This document shows, one piece after another, positions 19,701 to 29,600 of a stretch of DNA of 59,596 bases. Positions within the stretch are counted from its first letter, which is position 1; the number at the start of each line of letters is the position of its first letter. The notes under the pieces were generated by a model. It worked only from the letters and a program-made list of their open reading frames with translations. It ran no database searches and was not told the DNA's origin. The DNA is from a virus. Lineage: Duplodnaviria; Caudoviricetes. The position numbers and the translations under genes are program-made. The stretch lies in the IMG/VR virus record IMGVR_UViG_3300046006_003099, positions 1 through 59,596 of that record. The stretch is one strand, 5' to 3'.

Positions 19701-21819
19701 CAAATTGTTGTTGGAATGTGGTTTTACCGTCATTCTGTAAAGGAGTTTCAATAATACTATAATTGACATCAACACAGTCTTCAATAAACTGATATGTGTT
19801 AATTGCAGGATTAAAAGTTAATTGTGTAGTAAAAAATTCAGTTGTCGCTGAAGGTACGCTATTAAATAACCCATGATTATAATTTAAAAAATAATTATCC
19901 CCTAAAGTTTTTGCAGTAACGGTTACTGTTGGTTCCGAATTAAAGTTTGGTATAAAACATCTACTAAAGTATTGTAAATACTCACTACCACCATCATAAG
20001 CCCCAACGTGTGGGTTATTACCATCCAAATTAGTTATTACATTAGAACCATAAGTCTCTCTATACCAACCACCCGCTTTTTGGAAATACATTTCAGTATA
20101 ATCATTCTCTACTAATTGTCCAGTGGTTTGATCGATATAATTTGTAATAACCAAATCACCGTTTATTGGTGGTAATGGAAAACCATTATCATCATATGGT
20201 ATATTATTAAAATTTACTTCACCTGTGTAAATATATAATAATTTTTTTATCTCTTCAACATCTAAAGGTTTATCTACTATTACAATATATTCATTAAAAT
20301 TAACTAATGATTCAGGTGCACCGATAAATCTAAATAAAAATTCTACCGCCTTTCTAGTTCCCTTACTCTTCCATAACCAAGCAATATTTAATATCAATCT
20401 TCTATATAGTTCGATATCAATTTCACTTTGTGTCATATTAGTAGAAGTACCACTAAATTCACCACCACCATTACTAGGTAAATATAATTTACTAAATGTG
20501 TTGTCCGTTATAAATGTTACAGGATCTAACCCTAACATATATGCCAAATCTTTGACTAACGCATCAGGTACATTATTTTTCTTGTCGTATGTAACAACGT
20601 GAGCCAATTTAATTCCATTAATATATTTTTTAATATAATCAAATTCAACCCCATATATCCTCAATAATTTAGTTGCCTTCTCACCATTTAAAACGTAGTC
20701 ATCTCCATCCGCCCTAGGTACGGTATCAAAACTATTTATCGCTTCAGTAGTATACTTTCTTATAATGATATCAGTCCTAGAATTATCTAAGTCTTCACCT
20801 AACTGATTCATTTTATCTAAGAAAGCAATATAGTAACTATCGAAAAAGTTTAGATTATATCCATCTTCTAATATTGGGAAATCAAATAATTTCTTAGATG
20901 TTAGTACCACACCATTGTCAGTGAATTTTGTACTATAAAATTGAGATGTATACTTTGGGTATATATTTCTATCTAATAAATTTAATTGTAATTCATTTAA
21001 ACTTGAAAAGAATTTTTCTATTTCAGATTCATTTGGTTTAATAAAATAGGGTATTGAACTATCTATAGGTGTACTTAAAAAAGATATTTGTGGTAGAATT
21101 AAACCTGTTAATTCTGGAAAAGGATTACCCTCCACAACTAATTCTATTTCAGAGTTAGTTTTTTGTGTTGCAGGTGTTATACTTTTTATATTTTTTCTTA
21201 TACCATTATGTTCAATTACATATGAAGTATTTTTTAATGTGAAATTTCTTAACGGATTTTCCGTTTGTTCTGTAGGTGTGAATTGTGCATCTACAGTATA
21301 TTTTATATTGTATGGATTAACAAAGAAATTACTATTTACCTTAAATGTAGATTCGTCCGCAGATAAATCATACACATAATCTGTAATATTATTACCCGTA
21401 ACACTACCAACCTTATTGTCTACATATATTGCAGCAGGATAATTATTTTGTATCTCAATTAAGGATGCCCTAATTAATTCTTTTGATGATCCATACCAAA
21501 CATAACTTATTGGATTTGTTAAATCTAAATTAAGTTTTGTTTTTAAATTTTTTTGTATTTCTAATTGTGGGGTATTTTCAGTTACTATATCATCTAATGT
21601 AAAAAATTTAGATTTAGTACCCTGCGTAAATAATACGTTTGGTTTCGGATCTAAATTTACTGATATAGAAAAATTACCATTAGTGAAAAGCGTAGTCCCC
21701 CCTTCACTAGTGAGTTGAAAACCTACTAAGTCGGGGCTGAAATTCCTATATTCAATGTTGTCGTTGAAAAATATTCTTTTAGCGTACCCTGCAATTTTTA
21801 TCCTTTTATTGTTCGCCAT
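13795..21819 (-). CDS. Giant (2674 aa) baseplate wedge/tail structural protein (gp7 / P2 gpI-like core)
   Basis: LYRRLILNIAWLWKSKGTRKAVEFLFRFIG resembles the wedge protein K-G-T motif. It also has Cys-rich modules and coiled coils, and sits in the baseplate cluster. Confidence 0.6.
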   Translation of the reverse strand: MANNKRIKIAGYAKRIFFNDNIEYRNFSPDLVGFQLTSEGGTTLFTNGNFSISVNLDPKPNVLFTQGTKSKFFTLDDIVTENTPQLEIQKNLKTKLNLDLTNPISYVWYGSSKELIRASLIEIQNNYPAAIYVDNKVGSVTGNNITDYVYDLSADESTFKVNSNFFVNPYNIKYTVDAQFTPTEQTENPLRNFTLKNTSYVIEHNGIRKNIKSITPATQKTNSEIELVVEGNPFPELTGLILPQISFLSTPIDSSIPYFIKPNESEIEKFFSSLNELQLNLLDRNIYPKYTSQFYSTKFTDNGVVLTSKKLFDFPILEDGYNLNFFDSYYIAFLDKMNQLGEDLDNSRTDIIIRKYTTEAINSFDTVPRADGDDYVLNGEKATKLLRIYGVEFDYIKKYINGIKLAHVVTYDKKNNVPDALVKDLAYMLGLDPVTFITDNTFSKLYLPSNGGGEFSGTSTNMTQSEIDIELYRRLILNIAWLWKSKGTRKAVEFLFRFIGAPESLVNFNEYIVIVDKPLDVEEIKKLLYIYTGEVNFNNIPYDDNGFPLPPINGDLVITNYIDQTTGQLVENDYTEMYFQKAGGWYRETYGSNVITNLDGNNPHVGAYDGGSEYLQYFSRCFIPNFNSEPTVTVTAKTLGDNYFLNYNHGLFNSVPSATTEFFTTQLTFNPAINTYQFIEDCVDVNYSIIETPLQNDGKTTFQQQFEAAEETYLDYQQQILQNSYLAYSPEWYVIQNNYTVAQNNALLEVSSENCDINQTLQICVNELPQDNFKIDCSSLSAVTCDPYIYFVNSGGTKVSFNEFASCCTSEGGQYVTYTNEECRVVEYCSKNAPCVGNPVDTLANGIIVFELNNNTMPSNVYSFNNKCYQLTSAGSKYLNNLLSPVTPQNYLNGLNPNAPGSQFTIYFKEVACQLTTIISSPECCAWYGYNYQIIEEDDISYIVCTSGSSLTTPSSTTNDIDEYINDLGTQLDGTSGTNGNVVSTTPDKGEPVPFTNPSVPSLPSTPVIGLAGTTVPNTNPIGMVGSGKETVETPLVGATFKKINFQIEQNAIQEQIQIYHELVPPNLSSTFVIPPSLYDTTIGYVELQNPIGEVPQYYSTTIYDDCLEEAIIVKGVGQDCIDCYETILNSLFEDPNFMDPTNWVVHTIDEYGRVSFTPTEYYNDFVLDWNATGQLAQLYQSVGALFTQYTYGSFYIDTITNNLIPYVDNGNLYTENPNSITNAVVDPNHIGCGSLDNVSIVFASEAWSGFKLPEVTDCSCKVDFSFDYMIKYQTENLKECVTRIDCYPAIIHDNTLNSLYCMNFVSFTNSEEDSSLLENNFNDNEDVTEEYVIWQNTQQNEPILQCCNAVGGNITELKESYSVNFNWVRNITNTYGEIISTPNSQLLNTFDFDYSELITYGTNLNSIKKELERSIGDCYFLNIVEPGCFIDFNKYITTTNICMLEIPLEYGLWTNLYMDYKNTIEGINGVISQYESNCVVEETPENLPTKAVLTNEIINSEKQKNTVISEKNTQVDLLVTENTKLKTNLTAIDVQINQKNSQIDIINKALSDVTLPLDCIVYENEIYAIDSFNVEGYCTTQIYGDKKEITLRDRDLFNNCVKTENERLSAQKKIYLELLSNCNKNNTLEQELVNAKFQNNQELINQLIKEIGIVQDNINTLSKNYLIIGNEVTQTPQMDQNDYKNTINETAKILGVTPKEITNVEGYIDLTDSEKITLTIELQKNQTQVSSLIQQKDELIYDITINETNVNKTTFTTEQVVDVITQDLAEVPSPCDPTIPNPCCTQELLNYLNNTLELLETNLLEITDITESLYDDWYSEILTQYNNYINNTESYLTLIDNLKLNFKLFVDNNNLVYTNQVDSNLTYLPYTQSVNPFWEFDPSVGYSGIILDGSEQDIALIQDSVFTELSNSNTPYNSNLFEPNWGTFNFTIPECVCDDLRRLYPNKEFFFSVEIENYNCSVCLLIDNIIINVSDCKTERLVSLNNCLIPQLSCVIDNKKSWVYTDQGIITETVYPDGPCNTASTNNYQVVKMGTPEERLWTDLEYRYTNYDVNHSDLIINVKNTTFSIDPSKAIECDVFNYWKNIDCDGGCPTSCTSASTVVYSGMVYSSTTLLDYTLDLSASTTGLTFSCSTFTDILENQVTELKNQYYTLTSDYNNSLNATYYDLLNLGYSLSNFEIQNNNCGTDTLVINNNQQTNNLFGLITENYDGTISVYESYIYSGSTPYTGGTLVQVLSGVTAQTFNQTTFVNEECCKTINNLLNGEGTEGLGLGKNYQWDSSLSKCLWKPIDGCSVCEGDCEYCGTLNECSNGYYTGSSYNICINPLDYLDIQPSEINVKDVFDQLVQSNLIDVKSRQTISDYPLLRLFYELYLNANNCGKELSGKFTYNIMFEFMDKIGDYWLNLLEQVVPATTIWEGCDNSGKIYRNTIFDQNKFQYKRYSLNLIETTNSCPLSAYTDFSIGSEDVYSLVEQIPLFPTNDTINNIKNQIRIKNIQIELVKDNIAAQNKILCSLNLQDFDTPNLQSQIDSVSAQITLLTNNLNNLETQLSTLYTDLSAEETKYLLQQQNYYSNFMSCSGLTETLLQAENNLNNFIYGTTLYERQRNYIAILRDKIYKCVRASNTLISDYNTVFITQIYDTNEYEGNVTIIGDPDWEDGGDFYNQELIHNCTTE

Positions 21820-21826
21820 TTACGTT

Positions 21827-22729
21827 TTAAAAATTAGTTATATCTGTAAAATCTTTTGTTGGGTCTATGGTAAATTTCTGTTCCCTAACTTCATACAATG
21901 GTTTACCTGTAAACTGATCTTTAACTTCATATAAGTTGTATTGTCTGTAAATCTGATTACCAAAATTGTATATAGTATAAATACCATCTTCCAAAGATTT
22001 TGTTTGGTTAGAGAATAGTGCGTATGCCAATGTTTCTTCATCGAATTCCACCATTTCTATTTCCAACATAACTGGATTAAAAAACGTATTTGTTATGATT
22101 ACATCCTGAAGAGGATTACCTATAAAAGGTATTGCGTTTGGTTTAACTGAAGGTGCCGAAGAAGGTGATACCGTACAAAATAAACTAGTAGAGTTGTCGT
22201 TAAATGTATATGCTTGTGATGCATTTGAATTACCCTGATTTTGTGATATAGGTAAAGCCCTATTATTAGACGTTATAATTCTAAATAAATTTTGAATTTT
22301 ATCTTGTCCCGTACCCGTTTGTTCTTTTAAATATTCTATCCGATAACCAACTAAATTACCATTTTCAAACCTATTTTGTAATTCCAAAGGTATTTGATTG
22401 ATGTCGAATACAATACCTTTTACATCTTGATTATCTATTAAAACACCACAATCTTGTATTGTTGTTCTTATTTGTTTAGGTCGTATTACTATACTATAAA
22501 ACCCTTTAGAACCAAATACTGATGTTGGTAATTTTAATGTATATAATCCACCAAATATTTCATTAACGTTGTTTGGATTATTTGCAGGAATCAATACCTC
22601 TGCAGGGTCTAATGATTGCAGTTCTACTGTAGTTAATGATTCCCTATTGGGTGTATAACTGTAAAATATTTCAACGTCATCTATTGATACATCTGCTGGT
22701 CTTATAGTTCCGTAATTTCCTGTTGCCAT
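21827..22729 (-). CDS. Putative virion structural protein
   Basis: 300 aa ORF, tightly packed within the structural operon. Confidence 0.55.
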   Translation of the reverse strand: MATGNYGTIRPADVSIDDVEIFYSYTPNRESLTTVELQSLDPAEVLIPANNPNNVNEIFGGLYTLKLPTSVFGSKGFYSIVIRPKQIRTTIQDCGVLIDNQDVKGIVFDINQIPLELQNRFENGNLVGYRIEYLKEQTGTGQDKIQNLFRIITSNNRALPISQNQGNSNASQAYTFNDNSTSLFCTVSPSSAPSVKPNAIPFIGNPLQDVIITNTFFNPVMLEIEMVEFDEETLAYALFSNQTKSLEDGIYTIYNFGNQIYRQYNLYEVKDQFTGKPLYEVREQKFTIDPTKDFTDITNF

Positions 22730-22739
22730 AACTTTATTT

Positions 22740-23615
22740 TTATATTCTTATAAATCCACCTCTATTTGTGTCGATATCATTACTTGTTTTTATTTCAGAT
22801 AATATTCCGTGTCTTTCAAATATATCCTCTATACCTCTATTTATAAATACTGCACTATCAACTTCTGGTTTAAAAACTATACCTAAATATTCTTCTTTTT
22901 TTAATGAAGCGTTTAATGACACATTATATTGATTCCATCCACCATTTTTCGATACAAATTTAGTAGTATTAAAACTCAAATCTTTATTATATTCATCTAC
23001 TGTTTTTGTAAATTGATTTTTAAATGTAGTAAATTCAACTCCTGTGTTTAATATATTATTATTATTTGCACCAATCTTATAGACTGTTTGTAAATTATTT
23101 TCAGATATTACACCACTAAAATTATTTTTAGGGTTATTAGATACATTCAAATTAGGTACATATATGTCATTACCTTGTGAATCTTTTCTATATGATTTTA
23201 CTTGTTTTAATAAGGAATCGTCTGTGTAACCACTAACTGTGACATTATTTGTATAATAAAAACTAACAGGTGCACCTGCCAATCTACCGTAAGTGAATGA
23301 ATTAAAGTTATCAGGTTTTACTGTTAATGTACTACTTTTAGGTACGAATGGTTCATCTGTGAATATACCCATATCGTCAATATCTTGTGTTAAAAATAGT
23401 GAAACATCTATTGTATTTACTATTTTTTGACCTAACTGAGTTAATATGTAATTCCCTTCGGAATCTATCTTATAATCAGGTATTTTCCCATAATAATATT
23501 TAGGATTACTTTCGTCAATAACCGTTTTACCTTCTGAATTTTTCACTAAAACACTTTTAGGTATATTCCTTACAGTGTAATATTCTAAATTTATTTTTTT
23601 TCTGATATATTCCAT
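22740..23615 (-). CDS. Putative virion structural protein
   Basis: 291 aa ORF in the structural operon, with TATTTATA upstream. Confidence 0.55.
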   Translation of the reverse strand: MEYIRKKINLEYYTVRNIPKSVLVKNSEGKTVIDESNPKYYYGKIPDYKIDSEGNYILTQLGQKIVNTIDVSLFLTQDIDDMGIFTDEPFVPKSSTLTVKPDNFNSFTYGRLAGAPVSFYYTNNVTVSGYTDDSLLKQVKSYRKDSQGNDIYVPNLNVSNNPKNNFSGVISENNLQTVYKIGANNNNILNTGVEFTTFKNQFTKTVDEYNKDLSFNTTKFVSKNGGWNQYNVSLNASLKKEEYLGIVFKPEVDSAVFINRGIEDIFERHGILSEIKTSNDIDTNRGGFIRI

Positions 23616-23623
23616 AACTATTT

Positions 23624-23631
23624 TATAAATA
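23624..23631 (-). promoter_or_regulatory. Putative phage late-promoter motif TATTTATA
   Basis: 8 nt upstream of the ATG at 23615. Confidence 0.55.
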
Positions 23632-23633
23632 TA

Positions 23634-24518
23634 TTAAAGTATAGTTTGCCAAAATGTTAATGTAGGTATACCATTACCCGATGGATTTAAATTAACTCCA
23701 GGTGGCACCAATTGTTGTCTTGCATTGGGGGTAAATTTGTATTTATATACACCGTTATCATTTTTTAATATAACTTTAAGATAGGTTATCCCATTTTCAC
23801 CTTCTAAATTAGTTAATGTTATATTGTTTGGGCTAAAGTCTTTTGACGCAGCCATTTCATATATTTTACCATTACCCGCATTATTAAATTGTACCACTGC
23901 ATACATCTCATATTCTTGGTTTGGTGCATTATCAACCAAATCTTTAAACCAATAGATATGAAATCCTTCATGTACTTCTTCAGGTTGTAATACAGGATCA
24001 CCTATTGTTAATGTAATTGGGCAATTATCTAAAGGTAACACAAACCCGTATTGATTCTCTTGATCTTTACCTACTTGAGTGTAAATGTCTGAAAAAGATA
24101 ATAGTTGGTTTTTGCCACTATATGGGTTATCGTAAAGAGATAGTCTTATAAAACTATTGATGAATCTACTAGTTCTACAAAATATATCATCAAAAATAAA
24201 CCCAATATCTTTATATAAACCAGGTTCTGCCCCATTACCTCTATGTAAAGGATTACCTATCAGTATACTCGCTGGGGTGTAAAAATTTAAATTTATTTTA
24301 AATTTATCTATAATATTCCAATATTTATCACAAGGTTTAAATATAACTTTTTTATAGTCAACTATAGGATTTATAGATTTTTCTATCTCATCTTTAACAA
24401 ACTTATCCTCTATCAATTCCGCGTTATCGACAGGAAAGAAATTAGTCCCCAATGCAATATCGATAGTGGTACCACTACCTAAACTACCTATTAATATTTT
24501 TCTTCTATCAACAAACAT
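23634..24518 (-). CDS. Putative virion structural protein
   Basis: ORF overlapping the stop of the upstream gene. The ATG at 24518 (MFVDRRK) is the likely start. Confidence 0.55.
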   Translation of the reverse strand: MFVDRRKILIGSLGSGTTIDIALGTNFFPVDNAELIEDKFVKDEIEKSINPIVDYKKVIFKPCDKYWNIIDKFKINLNFYTPASILIGNPLHRGNGAEPGLYKDIGFIFDDIFCRTSRFINSFIRLSLYDNPYSGKNQLLSFSDIYTQVGKDQENQYGFVLPLDNCPITLTIGDPVLQPEEVHEGFHIYWFKDLVDNAPNQEYEMYAVVQFNNAGNGKIYEMAASKDFSPNNITLTNLEGENGITYLKVILKNDNGVYKYKFTPNARQQLVPPGVNLNPSGNGIPTLTFWQTIL

Positions 24519-26682
24519 CGTCAATTTCTTTTTGTTTTAAGAATGATAAGTCTAAACATCCACCAGCCACATCTCTTTTACCTAATTCATATTCACCAAT
24601 ATAATCAGCCAATGTGACTTCAATATTTAAATTTGCCAAACCATTGTAATTTAATATATCTAAAGTATTTGCCGAACCGACATCTAATGTAAATATAACT
24701 TTAGTCCAATTATTACCATTGAATTGGTAGTAACCTACTCCGACACCGTTTACTATATCTGGATTCGTATTAAATACAATTAATCCTGATTGTGGATTTG
24801 GTACCGTAGTATTATCGTTGACGTTAACCAATGACGTTGCAGGTATATCTATCGTATAATTTAAGAATGTTGGATCATTTAATAATTTAATTAATTTATC
24901 CTGTTGGACGTTATTAACATCAGATGCCCCTAACACTATGTCCTCTGAAATTAATGAAAACTCACAAGGTGGATCCTGTCTTTGGAAATAAAATCTTTTA
25001 TCTAAATAAATATAATGTGCACCACTCTCAAAAGGATAGTCTACACCCGCACCTGAATTATCAAATTCACCAATTTCTAATAAATCTCTCCATTTAAATA
25101 CATTTGGTGCAATTTCAGTTGCGTAATCAGGTATTTGGAAGGACTTTCTTAATTCGTCTATTTCGATGGGATTTGTTATGTTGTACCTATCAATTACTAG
25201 TTGTAAATTTACAACTGGATTTATATAATTAGAAAGTTCTCTAATTTTAATTAAATTAAATGGTGTATATAAGTATCCTTCCCTTTTGTTACGTTTATTA
25301 CTATCTATAGAATTTAAAAATTCTCTATAAACAGTATTAACTCTATGATATACATTTTCTAATCTTCTTTCTAATAACTCACTTTCATTGTATTCTACAA
25401 TATCCCCATCAAAAATATTGTCACTTTCATCTATATTTTCATAATATGTTGACCCCTGATAAGTTGTATCCCCATAAGATTTAATGTTATAGTTTACACT
25501 GCTATCATCTTCTAATTTATAACCCGCAGAAATTTTAGTCCAAAATCTGATGTTATACGGTGGTGGTAACGTTTGTTGTTGTTGTAACCAATATTGTGTG
25601 TTTATTGATGCTGGATTTGAGTCATTATCATTTTTTAATATTGATAAGTACAGTTCTGTTATTGGTCTACCCAAATTATCTACTAATGAACTAACGTCAA
25701 TGTCATTTTTAAAATTAAATGCAACTACCTCATCGTTAAAATAGGTAACCCCATACGCTGCAGGATATAAATCATAATCTTTATAATCAGAACTAGTTAA
25801 AGATTTAAATCGTCTAACATAATAACTAGATAACTTATTATTTACACTTCTTTTTAATGTAGATATACCTAAAGTAAAATCAATGTCTGATGGATTTACA
25901 TCAATAACAAATGTTCTTAATTTATTATCATTTACTTGATTACCTAACTTAAAAACTCTATATAATCTAGTAGTTAGATTAAGTGTATTGTTAGGTGTAT
26001 TGTCAACAAAATTATATAATCTAATTTTATCACCGACATTTAGTCCGTGATTCATCGGTGTCCTAAATCCTGTGTATTGTCTACCATTTAAATCAATAGT
26101 AAATTGATCTATAATAGGTATACCGTCTTTAAGGGATATGTTTGAGTTGTTTTTAACTAAGGTAATGTCTCTAGTATTAAACGGATAAACTATTTTTAAT
26201 AAGTAATTTGAGGCACCGTCACTATCTAACATTTTCAATCTATCATATCCAGGATCAAAAGGAAAAAATTCACATAACGCACTTTTATTATCATTATATT
26301 GTATTTCATCAGTATTTGGTTCATCATTATAGGAACCAACCCAACCATCTTTTTCAAAAATAGAACTACTCATTATTGTTTTAGCAACAATTTGTGGGAC
26401 AGGACTTACGTTAGGAATTGGTTTAGGTTCTTTAACATATATTTTTATATTTTCATTAAATAAAACATTTGTGACGACTGGTTTCACCACACCATAAAAA
26501 CGATACCTTGTACATTCCTTTCTTTCCTTTTCAAATTGTTCAAATTGACTGACAGTTGTATCAATATCATTTAACGGTATAGGTTTATTAGTGTTATTTA
26601 AACCGAATTGAATTTGTGTGTTTACGTTAACATTATCAGGTAACTTAACACTATTCAATAATATTTTATTATTAATATCCAT
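24508..26682 (-). CDS. Putative virion structural protein
   Basis: 724 aa ORF containing a HGLNVGDKI module and a C-terminal PQSGLIVFNT...GYYQFNGNNW module. Confidence 0.55.
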   Translation of the reverse strand: MDINNKILLNSVKLPDNVNVNTQIQFGLNNTNKPIPLNDIDTTVSQFEQFEKERKECTRYRFYGVVKPVVTNVLFNENIKIYVKEPKPIPNVSPVPQIVAKTIMSSSIFEKDGWVGSYNDEPNTDEIQYNDNKSALCEFFPFDPGYDRLKMLDSDGASNYLLKIVYPFNTRDITLVKNNSNISLKDGIPIIDQFTIDLNGRQYTGFRTPMNHGLNVGDKIRLYNFVDNTPNNTLNLTTRLYRVFKLGNQVNDNKLRTFVIDVNPSDIDFTLGISTLKRSVNNKLSSYYVRRFKSLTSSDYKDYDLYPAAYGVTYFNDEVVAFNFKNDIDVSSLVDNLGRPITELYLSILKNDNDSNPASINTQYWLQQQQTLPPPYNIRFWTKISAGYKLEDDSSVNYNIKSYGDTTYQGSTYYENIDESDNIFDGDIVEYNESELLERRLENVYHRVNTVYREFLNSIDSNKRNKREGYLYTPFNLIKIRELSNYINPVVNLQLVIDRYNITNPIEIDELRKSFQIPDYATEIAPNVFKWRDLLEIGEFDNSGAGVDYPFESGAHYIYLDKRFYFQRQDPPCEFSLISEDIVLGASDVNNVQQDKLIKLLNDPTFLNYTIDIPATSLVNVNDNTTVPNPQSGLIVFNTNPDIVNGVGVGYYQFNGNNWTKVIFTLDVGSANTLDILNYNGLANLNIEVTLADYIGEYELGKRDVAGGCLDLSFLKQKEIDDVC

Positions 26683-29600
26683 TAGTTAGACGAATTATTA
26701 GATACCCCCTGTGTTGTTAAAACAACATTCGGGTTATTTGGTGCAGTTATAGTACCTCCAACTTGTGTTGTCTGTATTAATGTTTCACCTAAACATGTTC
26801 GATAAACGGTAAATGGATTATCTACACCATTATTTATATTAGGTGAATTATTTATATTTTCACTAACAGTATCATTAGATGCGTTAAGACCTTCTAATGT
26901 AACTGCGTCAATTAAATCACCAAAGAATTGTGATACTGTTCTGTGTAATGCAGTTTTACCTGGGACTAAACCAAAATAAAGGAAGTAAGGTGTTTGGGTT
27001 CTATTGAATTTAATTCCATTAATTAGATTACTTCCATTATTAAAATCATCCACTATATTTATACCACTTATTTGGTTAATTTCATCAACCCCATCTAATT
27101 GTGCGGTTTGATTAAAATTAATTGTTTGATTACCATTAGGATAATTAATAAATGAAGATGTTTGTCCTGGTGCCAATCCATAAAAATAATCCCCACTTCC
27201 GTTTGTTTTTTTAAAACCACAGGCATCTCCAGGTATAAATGAATCACCATCATTATATTCAGAAAGTATCTGTTCACCATCTAAGTTATAATATAAATTA
27301 AAACCGTCAGATAATGTTATTTCAGGATAAGTATTATATAAATTATCAAACTCTAATGATCCTGGTCTTTGGTGGTGAAATGTTAAATTAGATGATTGAT
27401 ATCCATTAAATCTTTTACAGAAATAACTTCTAATATCTTCATCATGATCAAATCTTAAAAAACAATTACCAATCTCAATACCAATATCATTCTTATCTAT
27501 AATATCTACACCAATTTGGGAATGATTTACACTTGCAGAAGTATTTATACAAACTGTTTTAAAACAAGATAATTCTACATATGCCCTAAGATTTAACGAT
27601 ATATCTTTTTTATCGTCAAACTTAAGGATAGTTCTATTTCCCGTAGTACCGTTTATCTGTAACGTACCTAATTTATACTTCACATCCTCATAACTAACAT
27701 TAAATGTTGTTGGTGGTATGACATCCATTATAAATGGTATATCGTCAATATCGCAATATGTACTACTACCCAATTCCATTATTGTGGTAGGTAACATCAA
27801 ATTAGCCTTATATTCATTACTATTATATTTAACATCACCTTTTGGTATATAAGGTGTATAATATATACTACCGTCTGCCCAACTAATTAAACCGTGATTT
27901 ATTAACTTACTAAAATTATTATATTCAGTTTCATTATAGATACAAGGTGCAACACCATTAGTACTACAGTCAGGTGCACATGTGTAGGATGGACATCCTG
28001 AAGTTGGTGATGGAGGACTGCTAAGTTCTTCTTCCTCTGGTTGTGAAATATCACCAAATCCATCCTGTGCCTCATCTTCTGAAGGTTCATAATTACTAGA
28101 TTCAACACAATCTAATGATGTTTTGAAGTATTCTTTTCTTTCCATCATTCTAGTGTCGTCACAAATATTTCTATGATGACCGTGTCCACCAATATTTGTC
28201 CATGTTGAGTTACCTGCGGCGTCTTCTGTTTCGACATACTCAGGTTTTCCATGTTCACCTTGTACTTCTCTATCTTTTATTTCGTATTGTACACCAAATG
28301 TGTTAAATGTGTTTTGGAATGCGGAGAAATTATTAAATACTATTTTACATCCTTCAAAGTTACTGTTTTTACCTTTAAACTCTAATTCCTTTACCGCCAA
28401 ATTAAGATTAGGTGTTTGTAAATCATTTTCATTTGTACCATACCAATCCGTAACTCTTTTTGATCTTACTTTAGCCACACAATCATTAAGTACTATTGTA
28501 GGGGCGGAAATAAAGTTAGATGGTATTTTTATTCTCCATTGTTTAAAGGTAGGATCACCTTGAAAATTATTAGTGAATGAACCTAATATCGGACCTCTTT
28601 CCTTACAATCAAAATCACAAAATTTATCTTTTTTAATTTGTCCGAATTTTCTTTTTCTCTTTTTTAATTTATACTTTCTTTTAACTAATGGGAAATATAA
28701 TGAACCACCAACCCAATCGTTATAGAAATCAAATTTTAACATTCTTAAAAATACTGCAACAGGTTCCATAACACATGAAACCCAGTCTTTAATACCTGGA
28801 GTCTGTATACCACCACAATTTTCACAACTGAATGGTAAAACAAATTGAGCGTTACATCCTGAATCATCCCCAAATGGAGTTTTTATTAATGTTAATCTAT
28901 ATTCTTTACCTTCATCCGCACACTTTAGTGGGATTAATGGTACTTTAACACAACATTTAGAACAACAAGGTGGGTTATCTGGTGAACCTGCACCAGCTGA
29001 TACCTCTATAGTGGCGTTATTACTACATCCAGAAGGGTACGTTGGGTTATTTTGTGAACTAGGACAACAACTATGTGGATCACCACCACAAATATCTTTA
29101 CATTTTTTACAAAGTAATTTACTAAATATACACCTCCACTTTATTTTTAATGATAATTGTAATATTGATCCCCCACTAGCGTCACAATTATCACTACAAT
29201 TATTATTATTACAATTATTTCCACATGGGTAGGCGTTTTTATAATCATCACTACAAATTTCTATACCCGCAGGTAGATTTAAACAAAAAACAAAGTTTAT
29301 TGTTATACCGACAGGTATTTTAACTGAACATATTGATGTAATTAAACCATTAATAATATTTAAAATCCCATTTAAAAAACCTACAACGTGTCCAAATATT
29401 GTTAATATTAAACATATAATGCTATATAATGGGTTAAAATTAGTATCTAATCTATTAGTTGGGAATTTATTAACTCCATCTCCATTTAATATATCCTTTA
29501 TACCTATAAATCCTCTAGCCTCGTCACCATTCTTACCACCAATTTTTTGCATCCTTCCGATATACTGTTTAACGGTATATACTTTTTTCCATCTAAATGG

